DNA of 64,000 nucleotides from Octopus sinensis (taxonomy: Eukaryota): contig NC_043015.1 in the NCBI RefSeq assembly GCF_006345805.1, positions 17,980,001 to 18,044,000 on the forward strand, read 5' to 3'. The position numbers and the translations under genes were made by a program. Every line of letters starts with the position of its first letter. Within the stretch, counting starts at the first letter, position 1. Below the pieces are notes generated by a model. It saw only the letters and a program-made list of their open reading frames with translations. It was not told where the DNA came from and made no database searches. Of this stretch, positions 1 to 13,579 are shown one piece after another.

Positions 1-48
1 CAAATAAATAAATAAATGTGTAAAAGTGTAAAAACATTTAAATATATC

Positions 49-215
49 GGGCGCAGGCATGGCTGTGTGGTAAGAAGTTTGCTTCCCAACCATATGGTTC
101 CGGGTTCAGTCCCCCTGCTCGGTACCTTTGGCAAGTGTTTTCTACTATAGCCTCGGGCTGACCAAAGCCCTCTGAGTGGATTTGGCAGATGGAAAGTGAT
201 AGAAAACCATTGTAT
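49..215 (+). mobile_element. tRNA-derived SINE (family A), 3'-truncated copy
   Basis: Head GGCGCAGGCATGGCTGTGTGGTAAG with B-box GGGTTCAGTCC; near-identical to the start of the adjacent full copy at 231. Confidence 0.85.
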
Positions 216-230
216 ATATACATACATATA

Positions 231-628
231 GGCGCAGGAATGGCTGTGTGGTAAGTAGCTTGTTTACCAACCACATGGTTTCGGGTTCAGTCCCACTGCG
301 TGGCACCTTGAGCAAGTGTCTTCTACTATAGCCTCGGGCCGACCAAAGCCTTGTGAGTGGATTTGGTAGACGGAAACTGAAAGAAGCCCGTCGTATATAT
401 GTATATATATATGTATGCGTGTGTGTGTCTGTGTTTGTCCCCCTAGCATTGCTTGACAACCGATGCTGGTGTATTTATGTCCCCGTTACTTAGCGGTTCG
501 GCAAAAGAGACCGATAGAATAAGTACTGGGCTTACAAAAGAATAAGTCCCGGGGTCGAGTTGCTCGATTAAAGGCAGTGCTCCAGCATGGCCGCAGTCAA
601 AATGACTGAAACAAGTAAAAGAGAAAGA
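231..628 (+). mobile_element. tRNA-derived SINE (family A), full length
   Basis: A-box-like TGGCTGTGTGG, B-box GGGTTCAGTCC, internal (TA)/(TG) tract and 3' tail ...CAAATGACTGAAACAAGTAAAAGAG; further copies at 2220, 14800, 41524 and 55925. Confidence 0.9.
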
Positions 629-660
629 GATATATACACATACACACACACATATATATA

Positions 661-1570
661 ATAGTATTTTATAAGCTTAAAGCTTATAGCGATCACCACG
701 CAATGACTAAAGAAAATAGTCTAATAATGGGGCATATAAGCTCTCAACAGAAAAAAGTAGGTTTCCCCGTATGCGTGGGACGTGAACCCATATCCCTTAG
801 TTTATGTGACGAAGTGTTACCGATTACACTATTGAACTAACCTGCTTTCTCCTGTCAAATTTAAGAACTATATTAGTTCATGGTTGTTTTTGTAAACAAA
901 TTTTCATAAGCGATCAAAATGCAATGGCTAAGGAAAATAGTCTAATAATGGGGCATTTAAGCCCTCAAGAGAAATTCTTAAATTTCACAGGAAAAAGCCC
1001 TCGACAGAAGTTCTTAAATTTCACAGGAAAAAGCAGGTTAGTTCACTGGTGTAATTGATAAGACACTTAGTTGTGTAAACAAAGGGATGTGGGTTCGAGT
1101 CCCACCTGTACAGGAAAACCTACTTTTTCTGTCAAGGGCTTATGTGCCCCATTATAAAACTAATTTCCTTAGTCACTGCACGGTGATCATTATAAGCTTT
1201 AAGCTTATAAAATACTATTATTATTTACAGAATTGACACTGCTTAACAAAACCAAGCACATGAAAGCTTGCTTACAAAAGCAATTACAAACTAATGTAGT
1301 TCTTAAATTTGACGGGGAAAAGCAGCTTAGTTTGCTGGTGTAATTAGTAACACCGGTAGCACATTTAGTCACATAAGCAAAGGGATGTGGGTCTGAGTCC
1401 CATGCATACAGAAAATCTACTTTTTCTGTTGAGGGCTTATATGCACCAGCATTAGACTATTTTCCTCAGTCATTGTGTGGTGATCGCTATAAGCTTTAAG
1501 CTTATAAAATACTATCATTATTATTTACAGAATTGTAAATTGTAAAACTTGACACTGCTTAACAAAACCA
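661..1570. repeat. Array of ~290-bp tRNA-like units: one inverted copy plus two tandem forward copies
   Basis: Unit contains TAGTGTAATCGG...CACATAA..AAGGGATATGGGTTC..GTCCCAC, resembling tRNA-Met D, anticodon and T arms; 661-900 is the reverse complement of ~1000-1230 and ~1300-1520. Confidence 0.75.
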
Positions 1571-1989
1571 TTCACAGCGAAAGTACATAAAAGTTTGTTT
1601 TTATATATATATATATATATTGTTGTATTTCGGGATGGTCTTTTTTTTTTTGCCAAATAAACACACACACATTATACATTTGTTCTTCATTTGTTTATTA
1701 TTGTTCTTATTTTAAATTTTGTCCATTGTCTGGAAATCTTATGTCACACATCTGTGACCTCTTTGCAGATGTGTGATAAAAGATTTCCAGACAATGGACA
1801 TGATTTAAAATAAAAAGAAAAACATAAGAACAGTAATAAATGAGTGAAGAACAAATATATAGTGCTTGTGATTATTTGGCAAAAAAAAACGAAAAAAAAA
1901 CGACCATCCTGAAGTACAACAATATCTGTTTCAACACATGATTTCACATTAGGAATCTTGCAACACAAACTGATAAATGCTGATGTATA

Positions 1990-2198
1990 TCATCATCATC
2001 ATCATCATCGTTTAATGTCTGCTTTCCATGCTAGCATGGGTTGGATGATTTGATTGAGGGCTGGCGAACCAGATGGCTGCACAAGGCTCCAATCTTGATC
2101 TGACAGCGTTTCTACAGCTGAATGCCCTTCTTAATGCCAACCACTCCAAGAGTGTAGTGGGTGCTTTAACATGCCACTGGCACAGGGGACAGTCAGGC
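1990..2198 (-). mobile_element. RTE LINE 3' tail fragment
   Basis: (GAT)n tail and TTCCATGCTAGCATGGGTTGG terminus shared with the long RTE at 23842. Confidence 0.85.
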
Positions 2199-2219
2199 AG
2201 TATATATATATATATATCT

Positions 2220-2440
2220 GAGTGTCTTTGTATCTGTGTTTGCACCCCACCTCTATCACCACTTGACAACAAGGGTTCTTATGTTTATGTCCCTGTAACT
2301 AAATGGTTTGGCAAAAGAGACTGATAGAATAAGTACTAGGATTAAAAAATAAGTCCTGGGGTCAATTTGTTTGATTAAAACTCTTCAAAGTGGTGCTCCA
2401 GCATGGCCGCAGGCAAATGACTGAAACAACTAAATGAATA
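2220..2440 (+). mobile_element. SINE family A, 3' half
   Basis: Matches 430-625 (GATAGAATAAGTACT...CAAATGACTGAAAC). Confidence 0.8.
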
Positions 2441-2456
2441 AACAAATACCCATATA

Positions 2457-2493
<37 letters not shown>

Positions 2494-3319
2494 ACACATA
2501 TGTCACACAAAGCCAAATTGAATAAAATATATTTGTGTAAATGTGTATTTAACACATTAAAGTTCATTCAGATGAGATAAGACCTTCCACTGTGGAAATA
2601 ATCCCAAGAAAAAGTTCTAGGGATGTATGAAAACACATTGGGCTGGTTATGAATGTCATTAGCCCTTTCTTTCATACTTTAATCCCTCATCTTCAAGTAT
2701 AAAGCCACCTCTTCGGGATTTCTAATCTTGAAAATTGCACAGTGCAATCAGTAGTGCTGGTAGCACAAAAAAGCACCCAATACTTGACGTAAAGTGGTTA
2801 GCATTAGGAATAGCATCCAGCAATAGAAACCATTGGATCATGTCAAATTCCAACTTATGTCAGCAAAGACCAGGAATGTTAAATGGTGTGTGTGTGTGTG
2901 TGTGCATATTGGAAAATGAAATAACGAAATAAACAATTATCATATGAACTTCATTAGCTTAAAACTGTTTCTGCTACAACATACAGTGGTCTTGTAGTTT
3001 ATACTTTATTCAGTATCATTGCAAGGTCACATGAAACTCTTAGATTCAGTTAGTGAAGATATTTTTGGTTTTAATAAATTGTATATTACTCTACCTTTGG
3101 TATTTGAGCGCTATTTTCCAAACCTGGTTTGGATTTATGTGCTTATTTGTGTGGGTGAGGTGAGGGCTTATGTGTATAAGCTAATATTTAAGTGTTAAGA
3201 ATGTACCTAGTGGTACGCTGTTAAAGCATGTCCATTGTCTATAGTTACCTGGTGTCACTGATGGTAATTACACAATTGTTGCTGGATTTACCTCAGTGTA
3301 TGTTGGGTATAAAACAAAT

Positions 3320-3470
3320 GATGCAGATGGAAAATGGAATACACGGGAAATTTTATTGCTCACAACAATCATTTCGACACATCCTGCATCGATACCTTGC
3401 AAGTGGAAATCTATACATCTAGTTATGGTGCATCCCTCAGAGCAGAAGTGTCTCATCAGGTGACAATAAT
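3320..3470 (+). repeat. Unclassified interspersed repeat (second copy inverted at ~8985-9165)
   Basis: ATGGAAAATGGAATACACGGGAAATTTTATTG...TTATGGTGCATCCC aligns with the reverse complement of 9030-9150. Confidence 0.6.
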
Positions 3471-3901
3471 AAGAGGTATCTTGTTAAATGAACTCTGTTT
3501 CACTTGGATTTAATACAGCATGTTGTAAGTGTCCGTAGGTTTAAGCCATCGGGCAGGAATGGCAAGGGACAGATTCCATTGCAAAGTTATAGATACAGAC
3601 AGGGAGTAATTAAGAAAAATAATAAGAATAATGAAAATAAAACATACAATAAAGGTAAAAATATCAAGTGTGTCAGTACCCAGATATAGATACTTCCATA
3701 CCCACACTTTCAGTCCTTTGTACACAAACTCACTCATATGGGCAGTTAAGTAAAAGCCATTAAACTGCCCAGGCATTCATGTATCATGCTGTGGGGCAGG
3801 GCACTACATCATCAGTTCAAGGACCTGAGTTGATCATAAATCTCTTAGTATCTGTTTACCACATACATCTATATAAACATGTACATACATATATGCATAT
3901 A

Positions 3902-5112
3902 GGAGGGGGTACCCAAAAGAAACTGGAATTTTGCAATATCATTTTATTCACCTAGTTTTACATGTGTACTATTTTATTGCCTTCAAAGTATTCTCCATTT
4001 GAATTGTTGAGATTCAATATTAGTTAGATTAAGGAATTAGATAGTAAAATATACAGTCATAATTCTCTACGATGAAGTTTATCTTTCTTTCACCTGTATA
4101 TAATATAAAATGCTATATGTATATAATAAAAATTAATTAAGAAGATGTTTTCTCTTTCTTCACGTTCTTCAACTATGTATAAAATGTATTTCTGTAATTA
4201 TTAAATTGTATTTTCTTATAGCGGTTGAATGAACACGAAAATCATATTTAACATACATTCTCGCTAATGTTCGTTAGCGTTCCAGAAAGTATATTTCTCT
4301 ATGGCGTTTATATACTGTAGTTCGGATTTGCGTATAATGATAACACTTAAGTTATAAGTGACGGTTCTATCATTATACATCCTTACTTTAAAAGCCAAAT
4401 AATTTTATCTATTTCCAAATAGGAAACATAATAAGTAGCGTTGCATTAACTGTAACAAAACTAACTAGAAAATATACGCTATAATATATAACATAAGAGA
4501 AGCATAAGTTGCTTAAAATCGCTATAGAAGCAATGCATTGATCCAGGAGCGTTTTCCAAGATTTGAAGCAGTACTGGAACTCTTGCAAAGTGATGTCATT
4601 TAACACCTCCGTCATTTTTTTCTTCCACATCTGCAAATTCCATAGCACCAGCTTTCGTCACCAGTAATGACCTTCGAAAAAAAGGTCTGGATCAATTTCC
4701 ACCTATTCCTTCAGTTCACAACACACATTCAGTCATGACTGGTTTTGATCTTCCATGACCACGCAAGGCACAAATTTTGCTGCAACTGTTTTCATTCCCA
4801 ATTCCTTGCTCAAAATTTGTTGGCAGGAGCTCTTGGACAGACCAGTCATATCAACAAGTTTGTCAATTATTCAGTGACAGTCCTCCAAGCTCAGTTCATG
4901 AATTTTCATGGAGGTTGACAGTTGTCCTGAATGAGGTTGGTCTTCGACAAGTTACCATTCCTCAAGCATGGAAAACACTCATACTTGTGTTTTGCTCATG
5001 GCAGCATCATTGCAAGCTGTTTGAAGCATGACAACTGTTTCAGCCACTGTTTTGAAGTGGCTTAGAATGGTTTTGTTCCAGAGAATGTTTCTGGTTACTT
5101 TGGGGTACTCTT
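3902..5112 (-). mobile_element. Degenerate mariner-type transposon interrupted by a ~520-bp insertion (~4005-4527)
   Basis: Imperfect TIRs GGGGGTACCCAAAAGAAACTGGAA and TTCTGGTTACTTTTGGGGTACTC; transposase remnants (TLQEFQYCFKSWKTLLDQCIAS) at 4409-4648. Confidence 0.7.
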
Positions 5113-5494
5113 TTACATGCATGTATACATAGACAAACATACATACACACGTTTGCTTGCTTGCACGTGTTCACATCTATCTATCTAGCTAGCTATATAT
5201 ATATATATATACCACAGCAAATGCTAATATTTATACACATATACATACACACATGCATGCATATGTGCCTACTCTCACTGTATATGTATACTTTTGTCCA
5301 GGTGCTTATGCCAATACATACATTTGTGTATGTAGAAAGCAATACACATGCAAGATCACCTATATACAACTATACAAAAATGTATGAATACATATCCATT
5401 TATATATGCATACCTACCTTTATACACGTATATATATGCACAAATGTTTACATATACATCAACATATATATACATATGCGTATATAGCTTCATA

Positions 5495-7960
5495 TACATG
5501 TATGAGTTTATGCATATGTACTCATCCATGCCTATATCAGAATTTATTAGAACATAGCTACATGTTCCAATGAGGTTATTCCATGGGGGTGGGTCAGGAC
5601 AAACAAGGCAATTTGATGAAACAGTAAAACAGTGAGACAGCACAACATGTACCAATATTAACACAGTAATAAATTCATACACTTAGCATATGCACTGATC
5701 AAGAGGTCTGTTCATGTATATTGGTTCCAAGAACAGTCCATAGTGACGTGTTCCTTTGTAGACTGTTGTTAGTTGTAGTATTGGTACTGTGAGTCTATAA
5801 GTGTTGATAGAATAAAAACTTTAATGTGCAACATACAGCCTTGGAAAGCCTTGTAGCCAGTATAACAGTATCCTGTGTTGTTGAGCATAGGTGGTGGTGT
5901 TGTGTTCATCACTTAGAAAGCTGTAAGGACAGATAAAAGTGTATGCATGACAGCGAACAAACAGGTAACATATACTGTAATAGATCTATGAAATTTCCCA
6001 GTGATGTTATACTGCAACGTGTGTCCAAGGGGGGAGTTATGGTTTGTTATCTGGAAATCTAGGTAATCTGTATATGCTAATTAAGTATGTGATGATACTA
6101 CATTGTGCTTATTATAATGGGCAAATGTTCATTTTCTAGCATGCAAGCATCTTATTCCTTCAGAGAGCTTATTCATGATCCTTCTCTTCTGAACAAAATG
6201 CACAGCGATTCTGTGCATAAACCACACCACCTGGAAAGGGCATTGTATGGTTGCGCATACCTTATTAGGGATCAGGATAGGTCATATTATATCTTCCCAG
6301 GTTTGAGTTGCCACAGTAAGTCCACCAGTAATGTTGAATGCCTCTTTTTGACTTGGTTGAAGTTGGAGATGTGGTTGCGGTACTGATTTTTTAACAAATC
6401 AGCCATTGCACCTATGTATATATACAGGACTCCTCCTGTATGCACAGCATATTTATATACAATGGAGGATGGGGTTGATTGTAGCATAGTAGCTCTCTAT
6501 ATCCAGTAACAAGAATTTACTGGCTTTGTTGGACCATCCTATAGTATAACCCGATCCACAGATTGCACATTTCTTCAAGGATTGCAAAGCAGTTTTTCAC
6601 CACTTTAGATAGGTACTCCCACAAATCAAATAGGTACCATACTATAGTTAACAGACACACTGTGAGGGTGTCATATGCCAACTCTTGTAACTTAGAGCAA
6701 CATATACACTGGATTAATAACAGAAAATTGAACCATGAGTTGGTCTACCGACCCAATGTGCTCTTAACCAAAGAAGAATATCCAATGCTTACTCAACCAG
6801 CCATAATGTAGAACAATACATAGAACACAGTAGTTACAACAACACCACAAATACTGGCAACCAAATCATAAATAACCAAATGAGGCCATGTCATAAAAGT
6901 ATACGGAATAGAGATCTAAACGCAACAGGAACTGCGATAAGAACCGAGGGCAGCAGCTGGACAATAACAACAAACTATAACAAATGCCCATGCATAGTTA
7001 AAATATGATGCCCCTTGAATAACCTCTGCATGAGTCGTAACATTGTATATACATGCATCGTGCACACAAGAGGAGTCCTGTATGTGTACATAGGTGCAAT
7101 GGCTGATTTGTTCAAAAATCGATACTGTAACCACATCACCAGCTTCAACTAAGTCAAAAAGAGGCACTCAACATCATTGATGGACTTTCTGTGACAACTT
7201 AAATCCGAGAAGATACAATATGACCTGTCTTGGTCCCTAACGAGGCAAGCATAACCATACAATGCCCTTTCCAGGTAGTGATGTTTATGTGCAGAGGAAT
7301 CGCTGTGCATTTTGTTCACAAGGGAAGGATCATAAATAAGCTCTCAGAGAGGATAGTGAGATGTGCAATGTAGCATCATCACAGACCTAATTAGCATATA
7401 CAGATTACCTAGATTTCCAGATAACAAACCATAACTTCCCCCTGAGACACACGTTGCGGTATTTCATGGGAAATTTCATGGGTCTATTACAGTATATGTT
7501 ACCTGCTTGTTCACTGTCATGCATACCCTTTTGTCTGTCCTTACATACAGCTTTTTAAGTGATGAACACAACACTACCATCTATGTTCAACAACACAGGA
7601 TACTGTTACAGTGGTCATGAGGCTTTCCATGGATTGTATTTTGCATGATAAAGTGTTTATTCTATCAACACTTATGGACTCACAGTACTAACAATACAAC
7701 TAACAACAGACTACAAATGAACACATAACTATGGACTGCTCTTGGAACCAATATGCATGAACAGACCTAAGTGTATGAATTTATTACTGTATTAATATTG
7801 GTACATGTGCTGTCTCACTGTTTTACGGTTTTATCAATTTCCCTAGTTTTTTTTTTTGACACTCTTCCCCCATGGAATAACCCCATCTGAACGTGTAGCT
7901 GTGTCCAAATAAGCTCTGATATGGGCATGGATGAGTACATACGCATAAACATGTACATGT
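5495..7960 (+). mobile_element. Penelope-like element 3' part (RT linker + GIY-YIG endonuclease + pLTR) with an upstream inverted partial copy
   Basis: 6563-6811 encodes IAKQFFTTLDRYSHKSNRYHTIVNRHTVRVSY; ~7000-7210 encodes CPLNNLC..RNIVY..YVYIGAMADLFKNRYCNH (GIY-YIG); 5495-6490 is the reverse complement of ~7060-7960. Confidence 0.85.
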
Positions 7961-8045
7961 ATGTAAGAAGCTATATATACATATGTATCAATGTATGTGT
8001 AAACATGTTTGTGATTTTATACATACATGTATATATATATATTAA

Positions 8046-8458
8046 TGTGTCCTACTGCTGGCAGAAACGTTAGCATGCCGGGCGAAATGCTTAGCGGTAT
8101 TTTGTCTACCACTATGTTCAGAGTTCAAATTCCGCCGAAGTCGACTTTGCCTTTCATCCTTTCTGGGTTGATTAAATAAGTACCAGTTACACACTGGGGT
8201 TGATATAATCGACTTAATCCATTTGTCTGTCCTCTCTGTGTTTAGCTCCTTGTGGGTAGTAAAGAAATAGGTATTTTGTCTGCCGTTACATTCTGAGTTC
8301 AAATTCCCCCGAGGTTGACTTTGCTTTTCATCCATTCGGGGTCGATAAATTAAGTACCAGTTATACACTGGGGTCGATGTAATCGACTTAATTCCTTTGT
8401 CTGTCCTTGTTTGTACCCTCTCTGTTTAGCCCCTTGTGGGCAATAAAGAAATAAGAGT
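8046..8458 (+). mobile_element. SINE family B with an internally duplicated core
   Basis: B-box GAGTTCAAATTCC followed by GTCGACTTTGCCTTTCATCCTTTC..GATAAATTAAGTACCAG, present twice (Meta-domain-like; inference); a fragment also lies at ~40068. Confidence 0.75.
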
Positions 8459-8798
8459 TCTACTTGTTAAAATTCCATTTATTTATTTGTGCAGCTGAAG
8501 ATGGCACTGCATTTAAATTGATGTAATGATTGTATTGCTCAATTAAATGGAGCTGCTTGAAATGCATGCTGCACCACCACTTGATATCTTGTTGCTTATT
8601 TTGATTTTATTCACCTTACTTCGGGCTGTGTGAATAATACTGGACTGACTTGATGCTTCAACTTAAGTACATAATTCAAGTGAAGCCCAATTATTTCTGA
8701 TATTTACAAATGTATGTGTGAGCCAGTGTATATTTGTGCGTATGTATGTATATATGTATATGTATGCATATACATGTGCATGTATGTGTGTCTATGTG

Positions 8799-8829
<31 letters not shown>

Positions 8830-9165
8830 ACTAGTGGGAACTGTGAAAATTCTACCAAACAAAAAAGATTATGTGAAGTTATTTAAGGAAGAAAGGGTGC
8901 TTTGCATTTTGATTTTGATAAGTTATTTCAGTTCCAGTCACAATAATATTTTAAAATTTTCCTCATGTTTCTCTCTACCTTTTCAACAAACTTTTCAACC
9001 ATGTAATTTTCCTCTTCATGTCTGCTTCTGCACCAAGGGATGCACCACAACTAATTGTATAGGTTCCCACCAGCGAGGGATTGATGCAAGATGTGTTGAA
9101 ACAATTGTGAACAATAAAGTTTCTTGTGCATTCCACTTTCCATCTTTATCATTTGTTTTTGATCA

Positions 9166-9835
9166 TCATCATTTAACATCTGTTCTTCATGCTGGCATGG
9201 ACTGGCAGGCTGGAAGGCTGTGCCAGGCTCCAGTCTGATTTGGCATGGTTTTCTTTGGCTGGATGCCCTTCTTAATGCCAATTACTTCGAGAGTGTAATG
9301 GTTGCTTTTACATATCACTGGCGCAGGTACCATTTGTGTGACATCAGTATCTGCCACGACTGCAATTTTTCTCGGCTTGATGGGTCTTCTTCTCAAGCAT
9401 GACATAATGCCAAAAGTCTTGGTCATTGCCTTCGTGAGGCCCAACATTCAAAAGGAACTCGGCCATTTTGCTTCTGTGAGGCCCAATGCTTGAAAGGAAC
9501 TGAGCCACCTCGCCTCTGTGAGGACCAACACTAGAAAGGAACTGACCCACTTTGCCTCAATGAGGCCCAACATTCAAAGGTTGATTTTTTACATGCCACC
9601 AGCAATGGTGCACTTGGCTTCATGGGTCCTCTTAAGCACAGGTCTCGGTCACTAGTCATTGCCTCTGTGAGGTTCAAAGTTCGAAGATCATGCTTCACCA
9701 CCTCATCCCATGTGTTCCTGGGTCTACCTCTTCCACAGGTTCTCTCAATCGCTAGGGTGTGGCACTTTTTCACACAGTTAACCTCGTCCATTCTCACCAC
9801 ATGACCATACCAGCACAGTTGTCTCTCTTGCACAC
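9166..9835 (-). mobile_element. RTE LINE 3' end with ~40-bp tandem repeats in the UTR
   Basis: LCWYGHVVRMDEVNCVKKCHTLAIERTCGRGRPRNTWDEVVKHDLRTL; repeated TGAGGCCCAACATTCAAAGGAACT. Confidence 0.85.
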
Positions 9836-10160
9836 TATAACGGCTGTATAGTTCAATATAACAACTGTATAGTTCAGGAGTGGGACCAATGGAGCTTGGA
9901 AATATTTGGGCCTCAATGTAACCAACAAACAGGTTCACATAGTTAGGGCTTATTCATGTTCCCATGGTCACTCTCAAGACTAGTTAGTAAAAATACCCCA
10001 TGAACAAGAAGTAGTTGAGAGAAAGAACAAGTTCAGACAGACAAAGAAGTGTGGATGTGTCAGGCTGGAGGTTGGGTCTAAGTTCTAGGAAGTGTTTGTG
10101 GGCAGGAAGTCCTTTGTTGTGTGATCACCATAAATAGACTCTTGATATTAAGAGTGAAGA

Positions 10161-10212
<52 letters not shown>

Positions 10213-10289
10213 TATATATATGCACTTTTTTATTCGTTCCAGTCATGCAGTTGTGATCATGCTGGAGCACCACCATGGCCTTTCTGACT

Positions 10290-11330
10290 TCCTCAGTCTG
10301 GGTATTTCACATCACCACTCCTGTATGTGCCTTTTTACCAGCTGTTGGTCCATTTGATGTATAATTGAGTTTTATTCCGCTACCCTCATCTGTACCTTAT
10401 GTCGGACTGTTGGTTCATCCGGTATTGTGGAGAAGAGGATGTTTAATTCCTTTCTGAAGACATCTACTTCCACCTTATGCAACTTTCTTAATTTTTGTGG
10501 CAGAGCATTGAAAGGCTGTGGGCCTTTGAACCCTAGATATTGCAAAACCTGGTCCTGAATTTAGATGAACGGTACCTTTGGTACAATACAATGGCAGCTG
10601 GTTCTGGCATTTGTATAACACTCAATGCCAAAGTTAGGTTCTAGCCCTTCTAGGATCTTCCATATGTATATTATTGTGTATCTGTCATGCCTTCACTCCA
10701 AGGAGCAGAGCTGTAGTTTTCTCAGCCTATCCTTATAGCTCATCCACTGTACTGCCTCAATCTTTTTAGTGTAGTGGCATTGAACTGCTTCAAGCTCAGC
10801 TGTCAGTTTGACACTATGTGGTGACCATAACTGGGAACAGTAATCCAGGCAGCTGAGAACAAAGGTTCTCCAAAGGGTCAACATAATTTCTTGGTCTCTT
10901 GTCTTCAAGCACCTCAATATCCATCCTGCCAGTTGTCTGCCTTTTGCTGTCATCTTGCTTAAGTGCATATGAAATGATGCATCATTGCACATGCTGATCC
11001 CCAAGTCTTTCACTGCCTGTGACTCTGGGATTATAATGCCGTCGGGTCCTGTAAATGTACATTGCACTGTATTTGTACTGAGTTTATATTGCAGTACTTG
11101 AAATTTTCCAGCATTAAACTACATGTTTATTTCAGGTCACTTATATACTGAGTTCAGGTCCCACTGTAAGCTTGTAACATCCTCTTGGTTTTTTTTACTG
11201 CCTGTGATAATTTTATGTCATTGGCATAGCTAGTGACAGTGGCTATCCAAGTGACTGTGGGCATGTCTAAAAGAGCTCTTTTATGAACAGTAATGGCCCC
11301 AGAAGAGTTCTCTGGGGGGACACCACTTCT
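10290..11330 (-). mobile_element. CR1-type LINE, 3' fragment
   Basis: ORF 10693-11067: VKDLGI..GWILRCLKTRDQEIMLTLWRTFVLSCLDYCSQLWSPH..LEAVQ..RLRKLQLCSLE (post-RT thumb region of CR1). Confidence 0.9.
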
Positions 11331-11441
11331 GATTTATACACATAAATATACATATATATGTACACATATATATTTGTATATACATACATACATACATATA
11401 TACACACACACACACATATATATATATATTATATATATATA

Positions 11442-11839
11442 CTAGCAGTATCGCCCGGCGTTGCTCAGGTTTGTAAGGGAAATAACTATATAAGCATTTT
11501 TAGAGAGTTATAGCCAAAAAATAGCAAAAAAATACATTAAAAATTGAAAAAAAATTAAGGTAATTTTTTTTTTAAATCGTTGACACATCGTAGATATTTT
11601 TAGAGAGTTACTTCCCTTATATAATAACGAAAAATATGCATTAAAATGGAAAAATATGATGGTAAATTTTTTTTAAATCGTAGACTCATCGTAGACGTGC
11701 GCTAATACCCAGAAGGGCTCGATATGAATCACGACTATAAGATACCCGCTTTTGGTTAAACTACACCGCAAAATGTGGGAGTAGTTACGAATCTAAATCG
11801 TAGGAGACAGACACACAACTTCACTCTTATATATAAAGA
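11442..11839 (-). mobile_element. Non-autonomous Helitron (family 1)
   Basis: Minus strand starts A|TC and ends in a GC-rich subterminal motif (CCTGAGCAACGCCGGG) + CTAG|T; inverted sister copy at 15506-15899. Confidence 0.85.
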
Positions 11840-11951
11840 TATAAGCCACGTAGTTATATACACATACTTTGTTATATACACATTCTTAAAAGAAAATGTT
11901 ATTTTGAACACAACATTTACAAAGAATAAAATATTTTTTGGTTTTTCTTAA

Positions 11952-12761
11952 CCCTTTCTGACCAAAATACACCCCTTATGTGTTTCAATTAATTTCTAAC
12001 GTAATCATAAATTTAGTCTGGTTTCATTAAACAACTATAACTTTTTTATTTATGAATATATTAATCTGATTTTTGGAAGATAATTTAGTGAAATGTTCTC
12101 AACCAATTCTATACTATAATTTTTGTCACAAAGTGACTCTAATTGCAGGTAGATACAGGTAAATTCAACAATATATAAAATTATTAAAATTTTGTTCAAA
12201 CATCGCTATAGAAAATGGGTTATTAGCTAATATTCAATTGGGTATACAACAAAATTTTACGATAGAATTTGTTATTCTGGGTAACTTTCTAATACCCATA
12301 ATAATATTTATGGCAAAATAGGCCTTAATTTCATTTAAGGTTGTGGGAAATAACAAACTATCGTTTCTTTCGCTTTGTTTAGTTTGAGATCAAATACCAC
12401 ATGCTTTTTTTTTTCAGTCATAGAGTTAGATTTATGAAGGTCTTCAGTAGAAAATCCTTCGAATTCTGACTCGCTGCTTAATATAATGAAATTCGTATCC
12501 ATTTTTTGTCAGAATTATAAATTTTGAAAACACAATAGGAACAAATTTTGGAAAAAAATCTCCCATAATTCACGGAATTAAAATTACACATCGATTTTTG
12601 TACAAAACTGTAGTTGAACTGTTTACGAAGTATAATACGTGTTTTCACGAATGTTCTAAAGAGATTTACTCTGATATTCTCATTGAAATATGAATAGGTA
12701 AATTCGGGCGGCTTGGTCACATTAACCAAAATTTTTTTCGGGCGGTTTGGTAACGAAAGGG
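11952..12761. mobile_element. piggyBac-type non-autonomous element (MITE)
   Basis: TTAA target duplications at 11948-11951 and 12762-12765; TIRs CCCTTTCTGACCAAA and TTTGGTAACGAAAGGG; no ORF. Confidence 0.85.
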
Positions 12762-13129
12762 TTAAACGGATGCATACATTTATTAATAACTATATATAAG
12801 TGTCGTCTGTTTATACATAAACACTGTTTCATACTGCAATTATATATACATATATCTATATATAATATTATATAATAAAATATATACAGAGTAAAATAAA
12901 AACCAATTTACCTTTTCTGTATTGTTATTCGACCGTCCGTGTGTCTTTGCAAATGTGTTGGAATGATAAGTGAGTTGTGTTTTGGCGCCTTTTTTTACTA
13001 ATAACAAACACACACGTGTTTGTATGTAGTTGTTTGAAACGTTTGTGTTTGCCACTCTCATATATGTATGTGTATGCGTGCGTGTGAGGAATGACACACA
13101 CACACTCACGCACGCACACATGTACATCA

Positions 13130-13542
13130 ATGCTTTTATGAGCGTCATAGAGAGAAACAAATATTACATCGCCATCGCCATCACCATAGCCATCGCCATC
13201 GCCATAGCCATCGCCATCGCCATCGCCATCGCCATAGCCATCGCATTCTATTTTCTACCTGTCAACACACAGTGAATTAGTTTCAGTTTATTCATTGCAC
13301 ACTGTGTGTGTGCGTTTGCGTGTGCTGTAAACCAGACTAAGAAAAGCATTTGACACACACACCAGAATGTGAGTTTTCTGTAAATTTTGCTTAATTGGAG
13401 TTTAAATTTTAAAAACTGGACCTGGCATTACGCGATGCATTGTACTCTTAAAAATGCTAGGTAAATTGTAATTGAAGAAATCCTATATTGTAGATTTGTA
13501 TAACTCCCAAAGGGAGGCAGATAAAATCTGCCTTTTATAATA

Positions 13543-13547
<5 letters not shown>
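13130..13547 (-). mobile_element. TC-initiated Helitron-like repeat (family 2), left copy
   Basis: 5' A|TCTCTTATTATAAAAGGCAG on the minus strand; contains (GCCATC)n; reverse complement of 13949-14320; no CTAG 3' end seen. Confidence 0.6.

Positions 13548-13577
<30 letters not shown>

Positions 13578-13579
<2 letters not shown>

Noticed and set aside
1125-1170. Hammerhead in the tRNA-Met-like array (CTGTC(A/G)A-GGGC..GCCC)
   Set aside because: No GAAA or stem III/I downstream in any unit
5161-5682. ORFs rich in Y/I/H/T/C/V here and at 8714, 12840, 34450, 35083, 38366, 39387 and 40047
   Set aside because: Translations of (TA)n, (CA)n and (TACA)n microsatellites
7230-7275. Hammerhead in the autonomous Penelope pLTR (CTAACGA-GGCA..TGCC)
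   Set aside because: Core is CTAACGA and no GAAA follows stem II; cannot be supported
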